63,383 nucleotides of DNA, filler included, from Dicyema japonicum (GCA_011109175.1; 7 parts of 7 records of this genome joined end to end with filler, not necessarily neighbours in it); one strand, 5' to 3'; shown: positions 24,780-35,879, counted from the first letter of the whole stretch. The notes: a model not told the origin generated them from the letters alone. Numbers and translations are program-made.

Positions 24780-26740
24780 TCATAGTCTAAAGACAAAGGT
24801 GATCTTGGAGTTTGGAAAGGTTGGCTAATTCCTCTACCGAAACTTTGAAAACTGGAGGTCTCACAGGTAACCTAAGACCAATTGTTTTATTGTCGACCTT
24901 ACGGAAAACACTTTCTATTATTACATCGAATCAAAAATTGTCAACAAATTGACAAAGCGGATTCAGAGAATGAAGGTCTACCGCATACGTCATCTGGACA
25001 TACAGATGGTCTGGAGCTTTATGCCAAAAATACAAGAAATGTATAAAAGTTCTTTGGATCTACATGTCTCATGCATTTTATTCTGTCCACAGAGGCATAC
25101 TCATTAAAATTTTGAAAACTTTTCTCAACACCGATGATGTTAAAATGATTTTCATACTCATAGAAGGTTTTACCGTGGTATTGGGTTGTTAAATAAATAA
25201 ATTAACCAAAAACCACTTTCATAGCCAGAATGAGAAAATTCAAATGATCCCGGCCTCCCTCAGTAGTCTTTGCATCTTTTCCTGGTGTTCAGACTGTATT
25301 CCGACACATTTGCGATATAGATGTTGTTCACGCACATGAAATTCCCCCAGTTGCATTAACCACATTTCAAACCTTCTGGGCAGGATTCTTTGCAAGAAGA
25401 CTTCTCCAGTATTTTCGCCGCCTTTGACTGAATGTTATGGATCTTGGTTAGGTTCGTTGTGGTGAGGTTTGTCACCCAATCAGAACATCCATGCTGAATT
25501 GTAGATTCAATGTACTACTTGTAGAGGGTATCCAATCCATTTAGACCTTTGGAGTCAATTAGATTTCCCAAAAAAGCCTTCATGAAGTTAATCTTCCTTG
25601 TATAATCCGTTACTACCTTTTCAACATGGTTTGAAAGGGTTAAGAAGTTGTCGAAGGTAGCGATACTTGGCGCAAAACCAAAGTGGTTTCAGGATTGGGA
25701 GATCAACAGCTGATGTAGTATGATGTCATAGGTGGCATTGTGCTATTTAGCAAAGATTCCAAAGTTCAAAGACTATGCTTGGAATTGATCTCATCAGAAC
25801 TTTCGACACTGTCAATAGAGGAAAACTCATTGAAGTGTTGAAAAGTCCTGCATCAGGACTCGGTCACTCTAATACGGATATTCTTATAAAACACGCTGTT
25901 GCTGGTACGTATTGGAAAATGTATGTCGCGAGAAATCGTGACAACACCTCAAAGAGACTCCCTCTATAGTATAGTTTGTTGTATACCTTGAATCTGCTCT
26001 AAGACATCTTCGGAAGTATTACAGCAACGATATTATAGAAATTGTTTACCACGATTATGTCTCAAGTAACAAAGATCCACTTCGACGTCTCCTGTAGGTA
26101 TCACTAGACCGACTGGTCAAATGTTATATATGAACGCTTCGAAGACGGATATCGTCGAAATCAAGCGGATGAACCATGCAGTACAGAATACTGGAGGAAG
26201 AATATAAAAGGTGACTCGCTTCTTGGTGACTCCGAAGACATTGCGAGAAGGAAATTGTTATTTGACCAAACAAAAGCTTTCGAAAAAATGGATCCAAAGG
26301 CGTCCAATCTGTCCATCACTCAGATTGTATGAGGCTTTAGTGAAACCGATCCTTACGTACTAATCTGGAACATGGGGAAGTTCGAAAACCGACGTACAAA
26401 GGCTCGACTCCTTTCATAGGAAGCAACTTTGGTCTGTCTTGGGACTAAAGTAGCCGAGACATGTAAAAAGTGAAGCATTGTACAAAAGATGCTCCTCTGG
26501 AACCATAAACACCCTGATCATGAAGATTCGCTGGAAACTGTTTGGTCATATTCTAAGAATGGAGCGAGATAAGCCAGCAAACATCATCATGGAAAAATCT
26601 GTGAAAAAGTACTTAAGTGGTCAGCTTAAAACGCTTCCCCAAGTCCTTAGTGGTGATTTGAGATCAGTAAACAGAGCAATAAAGGACAGTGAAGACCTCA
26701 GTATTTTGCGGAGTCTGGCATTGAATAGGAGAGGGCGGGA
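24780..26740 (+). mobile_element. RTE-clade LINE RT to C-terminus, interrupted by a family B insertion
   Basis: NLRPIVLLSTLRKTLSII; LGIDLIRTFDTVNRGKL; LYEALVKPILTY..GTW; IRWKLFGHILRM..PANIIM..TLPQVLSGDL. Confidence 0.85.
25230..25760 (-). mobile_element. LINE family B 3' portion nested in the RTE
   Basis: TFDNFLTLSNHVEKV..CVGIQSEHQEKMQRLLREAGII*. Confidence 0.75.
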
Positions 26741-27060
26741 GAGTTCTCCATTATCCAGGCGTTGAGTTGGTCCAGGTTAATTTGTATTTTTTCTGAGATT
26801 TTCCGGATGTCCGATCTCGAAAACCCAAACAATATCGTCTGCATATAAGTATAGAACATCATTATTGGATTCCAAAGTCGGGAGATCGACCAGAGAAGGT
26901 TAAACAGAGCAGGGGATAACGGAGGGACTAAGTTGGGGAGGAGACGTGAGATGGTTTTCAGACCTCCGAGGCACACGTTCCCTTCTGTATTAGTGACTGT
27001 TTCCATAATAGCGGTATCACATTTTAGTTAATAGTTGAACATCGACGTTAGGAAGGTAAT
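26740..27060 (-). mobile_element. LINE RT fragment (family B-like)
   Basis: PPLSPALFNL..TYADDIV. Confidence 0.75.
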
Positions 27061-27227
27061 TCCCACGTCTCCAATTAATATAATGACTAGAATGCTATCC
27101 GTAAGAGTATGTTGTTATTGTGAACGTTATTATATCCTTTTCCAAAAGAATTTTATTAAAGTATTATTGTATGTTGAATAATTAAAGGAAAATTTAAAAA
27201 TATCAATAATAAAGTAAAAAATATAAT

Positions 27228-27726
27228 TTAATTATTAAAGTGAAAATCCCACTGATTTTCCTTAGTGAGATGACTGTATTCCAATATATATTTTCCTTCC
27301 TTATACTTTTGAGATTTGGAAAAGGCATAAACCTATGATAGTTACCAAATTATTACATAATGCCATCCCAAAGTATTCTTGCAGCATACACAAAATATGC
27401 TCCTTATAAGGTGTTTTCCTGTTGTGAGAGTTCTTTCTTCAAATCCATGAAGACCGACATTAAAACTAAAATTTAGGTCGACATGTTTACACTGTGTCAA
27501 ATAAATATGCCCTTCCATTCGACCCTTGAAATGCCTGAATAATAAAACTGAGGTACTTTAGAAATTAATGCATGACAACCGGTAAGGAAACTGCTACAGT
27601 TCCTGCATTTGTAAATTTGTGTACAATTTCGTATAAAATGACTAATATAATGATTTTGATTTACTTTTGTGCACTTTCTGATACACTCTTCTTTTTCCGA
27701 ATCAACTTAAAACAAAACAATCCCAT
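27228..27726 (-). CDS. YPEL: Yippee-like protein (YPEL1-4 type), 5 exons, intact
   Basis: Splicing four introns (23, 22, 25, 24 nt, all GT-AG) gives [134 protein letters not shown]. It has two CxxC pairs and the FQGxxGRAYLF and QKYKEGK motifs. Not in the ORF track. Confidence 0.97.
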
Positions 27727-27849
27727 TTAATAACAGTTATATACAATGGTTTTAAAATAATATTACTAATTTTTTAAATTTATTATTATTTTATTAAGTT
27801 ATTTTAAATGACTAACTTTATTCGCTCTGGATTTCTGTGCAAGCCATGA

Positions 27850-28220
27850 CACCAGAAAACTGTGTTATGTTCACTGGTCATCCACAAAGCTTTCGACTCT
27901 GTGCCAAGAAAAAAATCTAACATGGAAAATCTACCAATCAGATATCCCTAAAAACCTCAAACTCTGGCTGACTAACTTCCTTAGTGGACGGAGAGGAAGA
28001 GTGTGCATTGAAAACATTTGTTCTGTCTCCCGTTTATTCCCAATTGGAGTTCCCCAGGGTTCGCCGCTATCACCATTCTTATTCAACTTATTTACGGCTG
28101 GCTTATGCAGACGATATCGTCTTGGCCTCACGGGATCAGAACATCCAAACAGCGACAGGAAGAATACAACAACACCTCGATCGACTACTCGAGTGGTTTA
28201 ATAAACGAAAATATTTTTTA
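27850..28220 (+). mobile_element. LINE family B RT fragment
   Basis: KAFDSVP; GVPQGSPLSPFLFNL; AYADDIVLASRD. Confidence 0.85.
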
Positions 28221-28243
28221 AGAAATAGAATTATAAATCATAT

Positions 28244-28440
28244 TTAAAACTGCCATCCATCCAAGGTGGACCCCGCCGACATTATCGACGTTTCGTTGCC
28301 TATCATGATTGCAACAGAGATCAACTGGAGTAGCCACCGGGTCTCACGTGCGTCGTGGCTTTTTAGTGTAGCTAAGCGTCCAAGTTTCTTTAGGAAGCGA
28401 AGCGATTTTCCACTTATTCCTCCAGTTGTCTCGACCACTA
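28244..28440 (-). mobile_element. CRE-clade 3' end
   Basis: ETTGGISGKSLRFLKKLG..RETRWLLQLISVAIMIGN. Confidence 0.8.
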
Positions 28441-28949
28441 TCGGATAAAAGTGGTTTAATTAAACTCGGATGTCAATCGACACCGACAATCTGTTACGAC
28501 TCTCTATACCTCGGAAAAAAGATTGTCGAGAAGGTTTGTCAGGAAATCAAAGATTTTGTAAGGAAATGGGGATTGTGGTTTATTTCAAGCAAGCATCTAT
28601 AGGAATACAGTGCGTGAGATCCTTAGATGAAAGATCACATAATGTCTGGTGATTCTTGGTCTAAAAAATTGTATTTATATTGACTGGTTATATTTTTCTA
28701 TAAGTAAACATTGGTTACTCATTGTGTTACTATGAATAATCATAATAATTTTAGATAATTTTTATCGTCAATTTCTTATCTCCTAATGTTCCGTAAATCC
28801 TTGAATATCTAAAAAGTTTACGAGCTCAAAATGGTTTACTTAGTAGTTTCTATGTACGAGCGACAAGATACATTTTACAGACAAGATACAGACGTTGATA
28901 TCTTTGAATATCAACGGACCTTCTAAAAATTTCTCTACAATTTTTTTGA

Positions 28950-29600
28950 TTAAAAATTATTTTTATCTTTAGGCCTACTTAAGACAAATTTATGGATCGT
29001 AAGAGGACCTTGGAGATGGAAGAACAAATTTCTTTAGTATCTTTCTGCTATCCATGATCGTATGTCTTAAATTTCTTGTTAAGTAATTACAGGAATGCAC
29101 ATAATTCGATAAGTCATTGAGGAATTGTAGGTTTTGCATTTAAGTGATCTTCCATTGGAAGAATACAAGATTCCCAATTTAGGTGATCTGAAGGTGTACG
29201 CAGAGTATAATCAGTAATCCATCGTAAGCTCACATTTTTAGTCCTAAGTTTTTGATAAATTATACGAATATAAGTTGTAGAGTGTTCTTCTTCAAATTTT
29301 ACTCCAGAAACAGCACGTTTATAAAATAATATGGTTCACGTAAAACGAGAAGGGGAAGTACTGGTCATAAATTGTTTTGCAGTTTTTGTCACATAACTTT
29401 TCCAAATATTTATGTCGAACATTAAACTGTGGACGATCGTAAGTAAAAACTGGTCTAAGTTGATTGTTAAATAGACATGATGGTACAATATTAAAATGTA
29501 TAACATCGTAAAGGATTCTTCAATATTACTGTGTTTTGAATAATTTTTTTAAGTAAAACGGTTTAATGCAAAAGCTAACAGTTATGATTCTTCTCATAAC
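28950..29600 (-). mobile_element. Decayed LINE ORF2 C-terminal region
   Basis: RPVFTY..; LRWITDYTLRTPSDHLNWES.ILPM resembles the post-RT LR..TG..TP..L..ES motif. Confidence 0.4.
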
Positions 29601-29659
29601 TGAGAACGCATTTCCCCATGACGATTTCCAAGGAAATGCGCTCAATGAGCCATTTTTCT

Positions 29660-29987
29660 TTTTATTTATTTATTAACGCCGGATACACCTAAAAAGAAGT
29701 TAAAGTAAACAACTAATTAAGTGTATCCAGTTTCCACTTCTACAGAGTCCATCCGGAATCAGCATAAAAGGTAAGACGTCCATTACATGCAGTTGTGGAA
29801 ACCCCTCCACTGGAGTGGGGAAGAGCAAATGATCCTTTTTCGTTCCGGCCTGGCACTGGGCGTCACCTAGACAGGTGGATCACATGACGCCACACTATTA
29901 GGAAGAGAGAGGAAGAACAGACAAGCAAGCGGAAAACTTCAACCAATTAGCCACGCAGCACCACATGGCCCCACGCGGCTAATTTTG
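29660..29987 (-). repeat. Family A repeat, copy 3 (most complete; A-rich tail on the minus strand)
   Basis: Homologous to copies 1, 2 and 4; minus strand starts GGGGCCATGTGGTGCTGCGTGG and ends near aataaataaataaaagaaaaa. Confidence 0.88.
29830..29891 (-). ncRNA. Candidate HDV-like (nested double pseudoknot) RNA structure inside family A
   Basis: Manual fold: P1 GGCGUC/GACGCC, P2 UGAUCC/GGAUCA, P3 ACC/GGU, P4 GUGCC/GGCAC (one mismatch in this copy, perfect in copies 1-2), J4/2 C-G-A-A. L3 and P1.1 are non-canonical. Activity untested. Confidence 0.35.
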
Positions 29988-29989
29988 AA

Positions 29990-30300
29990 TTTATCTTTTT
30001 TGTGATGACAGATCCGATTCTGTTTAGCAGGACCAGTGATTTTTTTCCTATGATTCCTGACGTTTCCATGGCGACTGGTTCAAAAATGAACTGTCCACCG
30101 AGAAATACGTATTCCTTCATTTTCAGGGTCTTAGCCTTATTCGAAGTAGAGCCTGGGTTAGTTGCTGTCATAACATGGAGGGATAGTAACTATCCACACA
30201 GCTGGTGTCTCAGGCAAGGTATCTACCGTTTTCCCATGGAAAGAGAGTCTTTAGTTGGCTGGGCGAGTCCGATCGGCTCTAATCGGACAGGAAATCCGGT
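29990..30300 (-). mobile_element. CRE-clade REL fragment
   Basis: TLFPWENGRYLA*DTSCVDSY..EPVAMETSGIIG. Confidence 0.8.
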
Positions 30301-30306
30301 CCGCCT

Positions 30307-31900
30307 TTAGTTCCCAAGCAATAACTCCGTTGAAGTTACTTTGTTTTCAACATGCCGGATAAAGGTGAGTCCCTGATCAAAGGTTACTCCCAGAATCTTC
30401 GGTGTTTTGTTAATAGAGATAACTTCGTTCTTCATAAAGACTTTTGGTTCGATACAGAGCTGTCTCTTGTAGGTGGTAAACAGTGTGACAAAGGACTTTG
30501 CTGCTGATGTGTCGAGTCTCCGCATCGAGAGCCATAGTTCCTGCTTGTCAAGCATTTGTTGAGCGGACTGAGTCGCTGATTGAATGCTTCTGTCCTTGAA
30601 AGCAAGAATAACATTGTCGGCATAGGAGAGGATTATACAATTTTCATTGCAGGGTTGTGGCATGTCGTTTATGTAGAGATTGAAGAGTTGGGGTGATAGT
30701 GGGGAACCTTGAGGGACTCCATTTGAGGAAATAGCGAGATCTTGATTTGATGTTGTTGCAGAGTACTTGTGGTCGTCTTCCATTTAGAAGTTTCCTAACC
30801 AAAGTTCAGGTTCGGATGGATTTGGTTTCAAATATTTTCTTTGATAGGAGTTTCCCAGGGATTAAGTCGAACTTTTGTGATGTCCACGGATATAAGTACC
30901 GTCCTCTGATGGGGTTCGGGGGAGTTAAATCTTTCCTCAATGAATTGTGTGAGGGTTGTAAGTTGTGTTGTGGTCGAATGGTTATCCCGGAGTCCATGCT
31001 GGGTCGGAGGTATTGAGATTGAGTCTTGTATTTTCTCCAAAACAAGCCTTTCAAGGATCCTTGAGACCGGACTCAGAATAGATATTGGGGTAGGAAGATG
31101 GTTCATCTTTTGGTTTGTTGGGTTTTCGGATAGGTCTGATTAGAGACTTCTTCCATATTTCAGGATTGTATTTGTGTTAATGGATAGGTTGAAGATATAG
31201 GCTAATGGTTCCAGGGCTCGATGGCCTAGGTGCTTCAGTTCACATGTGGTTATGCTGTCTGGTCCTTTGGCCTCTGAGTTGTTGGTTTTGGATATGACTC
31301 TGCGAACATCTTGACTATTAAATAGGATCCAGTCATCGGACGTTTCGGTTCAATCTTTTTCAGGAATACTTGGTGTTTTTTTAAAACTTCTTGTAGGATA
31401 TAGACGTGTAATATTTTATCAGAGTGTCTGGTTTGATGTAGACTTCGACTTTTCTCTCTGGGGAGATCTTTTGATGTTCTTGATCCACTTCCACACTCTC
31501 TGCATTGGGGGGTTTTTGCAAAGAGCCTTTGATACTCTCGTCCATCTATTTGCATCTTCTGCCTTTATGTTATTGTCGATCTCTCTGTTCAGTTCTCGTA
31601 TTTTCCTGATGTTCTCTTCTGTTGGCATTTTACCATCTTTAGATTATTTCGTTCTCTGATCAGATGTTTCATCGTTTTGCTGAAGCGTTTTGATGACGTA
31701 GGTTGTCTCCGCATAGGAATGTACTTCTTTTTTGCAGCGTTTATGGTGGAGTTGAACCATTTCACTAATTGTTCGACGGAGGGAGAAGTGAAGAAATTTA
31801 ATAGTCCAATGCAATTATTGACGTAATCTTTGAATCCTCTCCAATTTGCAAGGCTGTAATTAGTTATTGTGGCGCTCCATGCAGGTTACACCAATTTTAG
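30307..31900 (-). mobile_element. Jockey-like LINE ORF2 (pre-RT to thumb)
   Basis: PISILSPVSRILERLV..TQHGLR..STTTQL..SVDITK; GVPQGSPLSPQLFNLYIND; SYADN; TPKILGVTFD. Confidence 0.9.
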
Positions 31901-31931
31901 GCGTTACACTTTGACCTTGGATTATTTTGGA

Positions 31932-32860
31932 TCAATTAACCACAATAAAAATTAAATTAAGGCATCTGAATGGCCACCAACCAGTCTCTCGCGGATCGTT
32001 GGTCACAGCTTGAATCATGGAGCCGATCTTACGAACCAACTCATCTGTTTGGGGGCCAAGGATTCCTGACGTTTCCATCGCGAATGGAACAAAAAGATAC
32101 TCCTCCGAAATTCTCTGGTACTTCCTCCTCTTTCGTTCCTCGGCCTGCTTTGAAGCATGTCCTGGGTCTGAAGCAGAAGCAACCAAATTAGACAGGGAAT
32201 AAGTATCAACACACGTCGCGTCCCAGATCAGGTTTCGTCCGTTGGCGAATAGAAAATTCGTCATCCCATCAGGGCGTTTTCCATCGTTTGGGGAAAGACC
32301 AACAGGTTCTAACAGGCAATGGAGTCCAGCAGAGGCAAGGGAATTCTTTAATGTCATGTTAAGACAGGAGTGCCTGGGGAAACGACCCGCACTCATCTTG
32401 CATGACAAGGGATGATAACCAAAAGGATCGATCCAACGTCTACAGCGGCATTTTCTTTCGGCACACAATTTAAGACCAAGACGAAGCGAGGTAGCTATTC
32501 TCACAGCCTCATCATCCAACAGGTTTCCAATTTCGGCAGATGGATAAGCGTTCATCCAGGCCTCCGTCGAGTGACAACTGGCTGTTTTGAGACAGGCAAG
32601 CCTTCTTACATCTTTTGTCTTTTCAAGGGACTCTTTCTTTTTTTCGAAGATACAAAACAAATAAGACTTTTGCTTATCACAATTGGCCGGAGCATTCAGG
32701 TACAAATTCATCCATTCATCCCAGGCTCTCGACGGCGTCAGCGGTACGTTTACTCCGGAAGTAGAGTGAAGGACCGTATCCACTAAAAGCCTTGACGAGC
32801 CGAACGAAGATAAATAGGCGCCCAAAGCAACGTCCGAAGGAAGAGAAAGACCCAAACTAA
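31932..32860 (-). mobile_element. CRE-clade non-LTR retrotransposon, C-terminal zinc finger and REL
   Basis: GLSLP..AYLSS; AWMNAYP; C.CRRWIDPFGYHPLSC (CCHC); RH..LN; DGKRPDG; WDATCVDT; KY; FVPFAMETSG. Confidence 0.92.
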
Positions 32861-32979
32861 TTTTTATTCATTTGATAATAAATCTTCTTTATCTAAAAAA
32901 AAAATTAACCACAATTAAAATCAATTAACCACAATTAATTCACTATTTATTCATAAATCGAATTATCCGTGTTAGAAAA

Positions 32980-34622
32980 ATGCATATTAAAAGTATGATC
33001 AGGACTAGCCAAGAGTACAATGATATTGTTTCATATCTACAATGCAAGATCATCCACCAAAATTTTACACGAATGCAAAAATTTCGGTTTATTAAGAAAG
33101 CCAATTTTTTCTTGTTGGAAGATTCCGAACTCTTTACAAATGATGAGGCTCATAAACGTGTTATTGTTCAGGACGATGTTCAAACTATGAAGATAGAATG
33201 CATGAAACAGCATTTGACCAATCATTATTATTATTATAAGCACGTACGCGATGCCAAGATCATTACAAAGCATGTGCAACACGAAAAGTTAACAATCTAA
33301 TTAACGTCCCACATCTTTTTCGATCCGTTGCCATGTTCCGTAGCGTATCCTGAGATCTTCATCTAGAATAACCGGCAGTGTTGTCCTTGGCCGGCCGCGG
33401 AAACGAGAAGCTTTTAAGACAAAATACTCCTCATTGCTATGTTGGCAGGGGTCCCCATATCGTGGCGGAGTATGTGTCCAAAGAGCCTCCATCTTGAATC
33501 AGTAATCTCACATGATATTGGCTCAGTTCCTGTTCTCTTGTATAAGATTTCAAACTCCTTCGATATTTTTGTCTCTTGGAGACATCCGATTTTTATCTTG
33601 TATTTTGAAAGGTCTTCACAAAGTTCTTTTTTTTCCATGCACTAGAGAGTCCTTTGAAATTGAACGTTAAAAGAGAGAAGTCATTTAGGTTGCAATTTTC
33701 GTGTTTTTCAGACATACTTTTCAAGAGGGACGTCACCACCTCAACCAAAAAATCAATAAACTGAAAGAATTTTGCGACAATTATTATTTCACCATCGAAC
33801 GATCCATTATACGTGATGTATGTTCCGAATGCACAGCATGTGCACAAAGCAAACATTTAAAAGCTCAATTTTTTATGATTCACATTAAAGCAAAGTTTCC
33901 TCGAGAAAGATTTCAAATGGACTTGGTGGATTTAAGTCGATGGTCCCAGGCCAATGATGGCTTTAAATATATATTTAATGTTATTGACGTATATTACAAA
34001 TTTTGTTTTGCAAAAGCGATCGTCTCAAAAGAAGCAACTGTTATTTGTTCATCTTTAAGATCTATCTTTTATTGTTTTGGACCCCCTCAGATTTTACAAT
34101 CTGACAATGGGAAAGAGTTTAAAAATGAACTAGTAAATTCTTTATGCAAAGAATTTAACATTTTACAAAAGTTTAGTCGTCCAAGGCATCCTCAATCCCA
34201 GGGCCAAGTAGAACGTTGTAACCAAACGTTGACTAGTTGGTTACAAAACTTTTCATACAACAAAATAAAGAATGGATTTCATGTTTGGACTAGGAATTGT
34301 ATAATTAAAATAAAAGCTTGATATCTATGAAATCAATAATGAAAAATATTTCCATAGAATGCAAAGAAACTGTCCGTTAAAGAGAATAAATACACAGATT
34401 TCAATAGGAAATTCTGTACTTATTGCTAATGATTTTAACAATGATCCAAAATATAAGAAGTTAAAATTAAATTCATTTTATGAAGGTATAACTATTAATT
34501 TAATAATTTGATTAGGACCTTTTGAGGTTGTTGAGATATTAACAGCTGATAAAGTAAAAGTGAAAAATAGTGAATGCGAAAAAGATGTGTTGATATCACA
34601 ATTGAAAATAATCCCGAGTTAA
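32980..34622 (+). mobile_element. Ginger-type (Gypsy-integrase-like) transposase, interrupted by an RTE insertion and containing an intron
   Basis: YPYY-like N-terminus (YNDIVSYL..KFRFIKKANFF); HHCC reconstructed as HLTNH/QKINK..CSECTAC; DDE core (FQMDL, VIDVY, QSDNGKEF, RPRHPQSQGQVER); YEG|PF module split by a 30-nt intron at 34486-34515. No RT or LTR seen nearby. Confidence 0.85.
33226..33745 (-). mobile_element. Bipartite, internally deleted RTE (APE start fused to 3' end) with (TAA)n tail
   Basis: MSEKHENCNLNDFSLLTFNFKGL..DLSKYKIKIGCLQETK is joined directly to LYKRTG..RWRLFGHILR..GRPRTTLPVILDEDL; tail ataataataataat. Confidence 0.85.
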
Positions 34623-34780
34623 CAATTTTTACGCCTTTCTTTTTTGTAATTTTCTTATCATGTTGTGTTTACTTTTTTTCACAAAAATTAAAAAATAAGG
34701 CAACCCCTGATTTGTAAGGTTAAATAAACTATAAAATGAGGTTAACTCCTATGTTAATAAAGCTTAATAGATATAATTAC

Positions 34781-34910
34781 GGTTAAGGTAGTGGTAGGGT
34801 TAGGAAATGGTTAGGATTAGGTTATGATTTGGATTAGTAAATGGTTAGGGTTATGATATAATTGGTTTAACTAGGAATGAGGGTATGGTTGGATTAGGGT
34901 CAAGATAGGA
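34781..34910 (+). repeat. Degenerate (G)GTTAGG telomere-like tract
   Basis: gggttagg, ggttagg, attagg, ggttaggg and attaggg within 130 bp of otherwise AT-rich DNA. Confidence 0.55.
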
Positions 34911-35689
34911 GTTTTAATGAATAATTTCTATTTTTATAATATTTATTTTTCTTTTTATAAGTTTATATAAAATAATATGTCACATGGGCCAAGCGATACC
35001 TATGGGCAGCTTGTTACATTAACCTTGAATTAAGATTAACTTCAATTAATTTTATAAATGATTTATTAACCACAAAAAATTAAATTTAAGTAANATAAAT
35101 AAAATCTTTAATGACAAATAATTTCAATTTTTACATAAAATAGGATATTCTTCAGTTATAGTTTCTCTTAGTAGTTTTCTCAACTTTTCTCGATGTTCTG
35201 TACATTTTGGGAACACGTCTTTTGTTTGGGCGCAACAATGGCCGTCAGTTCCCTTCAGAAAAAACTCGAAGTGTGTCAGCCGTAACAGGATTGTCGAGAA
35301 ACATTGGAGGGTCTTTGTAACTTTAACTCTTGGTTTTTTCAGATAGGCCCGTCTTCATGTATCGTATCCGTACCCAATCACTTTAATTAGTTGTTTTTTA
35401 TGTTTTTATAAACTTAATTTCCGAGAAAAAATATAATAAATAATCCCCTGATGACAACAACAAATCACCTTTTCTCTTGATTTTTCTAAATTTCAATCTT
35501 TACGATGTTCATTCAACAATTTAAACTATAATAGCAAACAGGTTTCTATTAAAGTGACATCTCAGTTGAGTGTCTAAGCACGTTAATTGGAGTATTTCCG
35601 GTTATCATTTAAAATTTAATTATGAATTACGGAGAATGCAAGAACAGTTCTTAGAATTAATTTTTTATTTATTTTCAATAATATTTTTA

Positions 35690-35860
35690 GGTTAGGGAGC
35701 TTGAATGGCCATGATGTTACCTCTGACGATAGCTATCAATATACGGCCTCGAAGCCATCCAATCTAACGTGGATTCTTTGTTACGCTTTTGATCACTGAG
35801 TCGATCCGACCGACTAGATTGTCAGCTTGTGAGCCAAGGATTCCTAATGTCAAATAGAAT
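35690..35860 (-). mobile_element. CRE-clade 3' end
   Basis: TLGILGSQADNLVGRI..NPR*IGWLRGRILIAIVRGN. Confidence 0.7.
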
Positions 35861-35879
35861 AAACAAGTGATCCTCTGTT

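Noticed and set aside
28893-28917. Hairpin CGTTGATAT..ATATCAACG (and GCGAC..GTCGC near 54258) as Helitron 3' ends
   Set aside because: No CTRR terminus at the expected distance and no Rep/helicase remnants.
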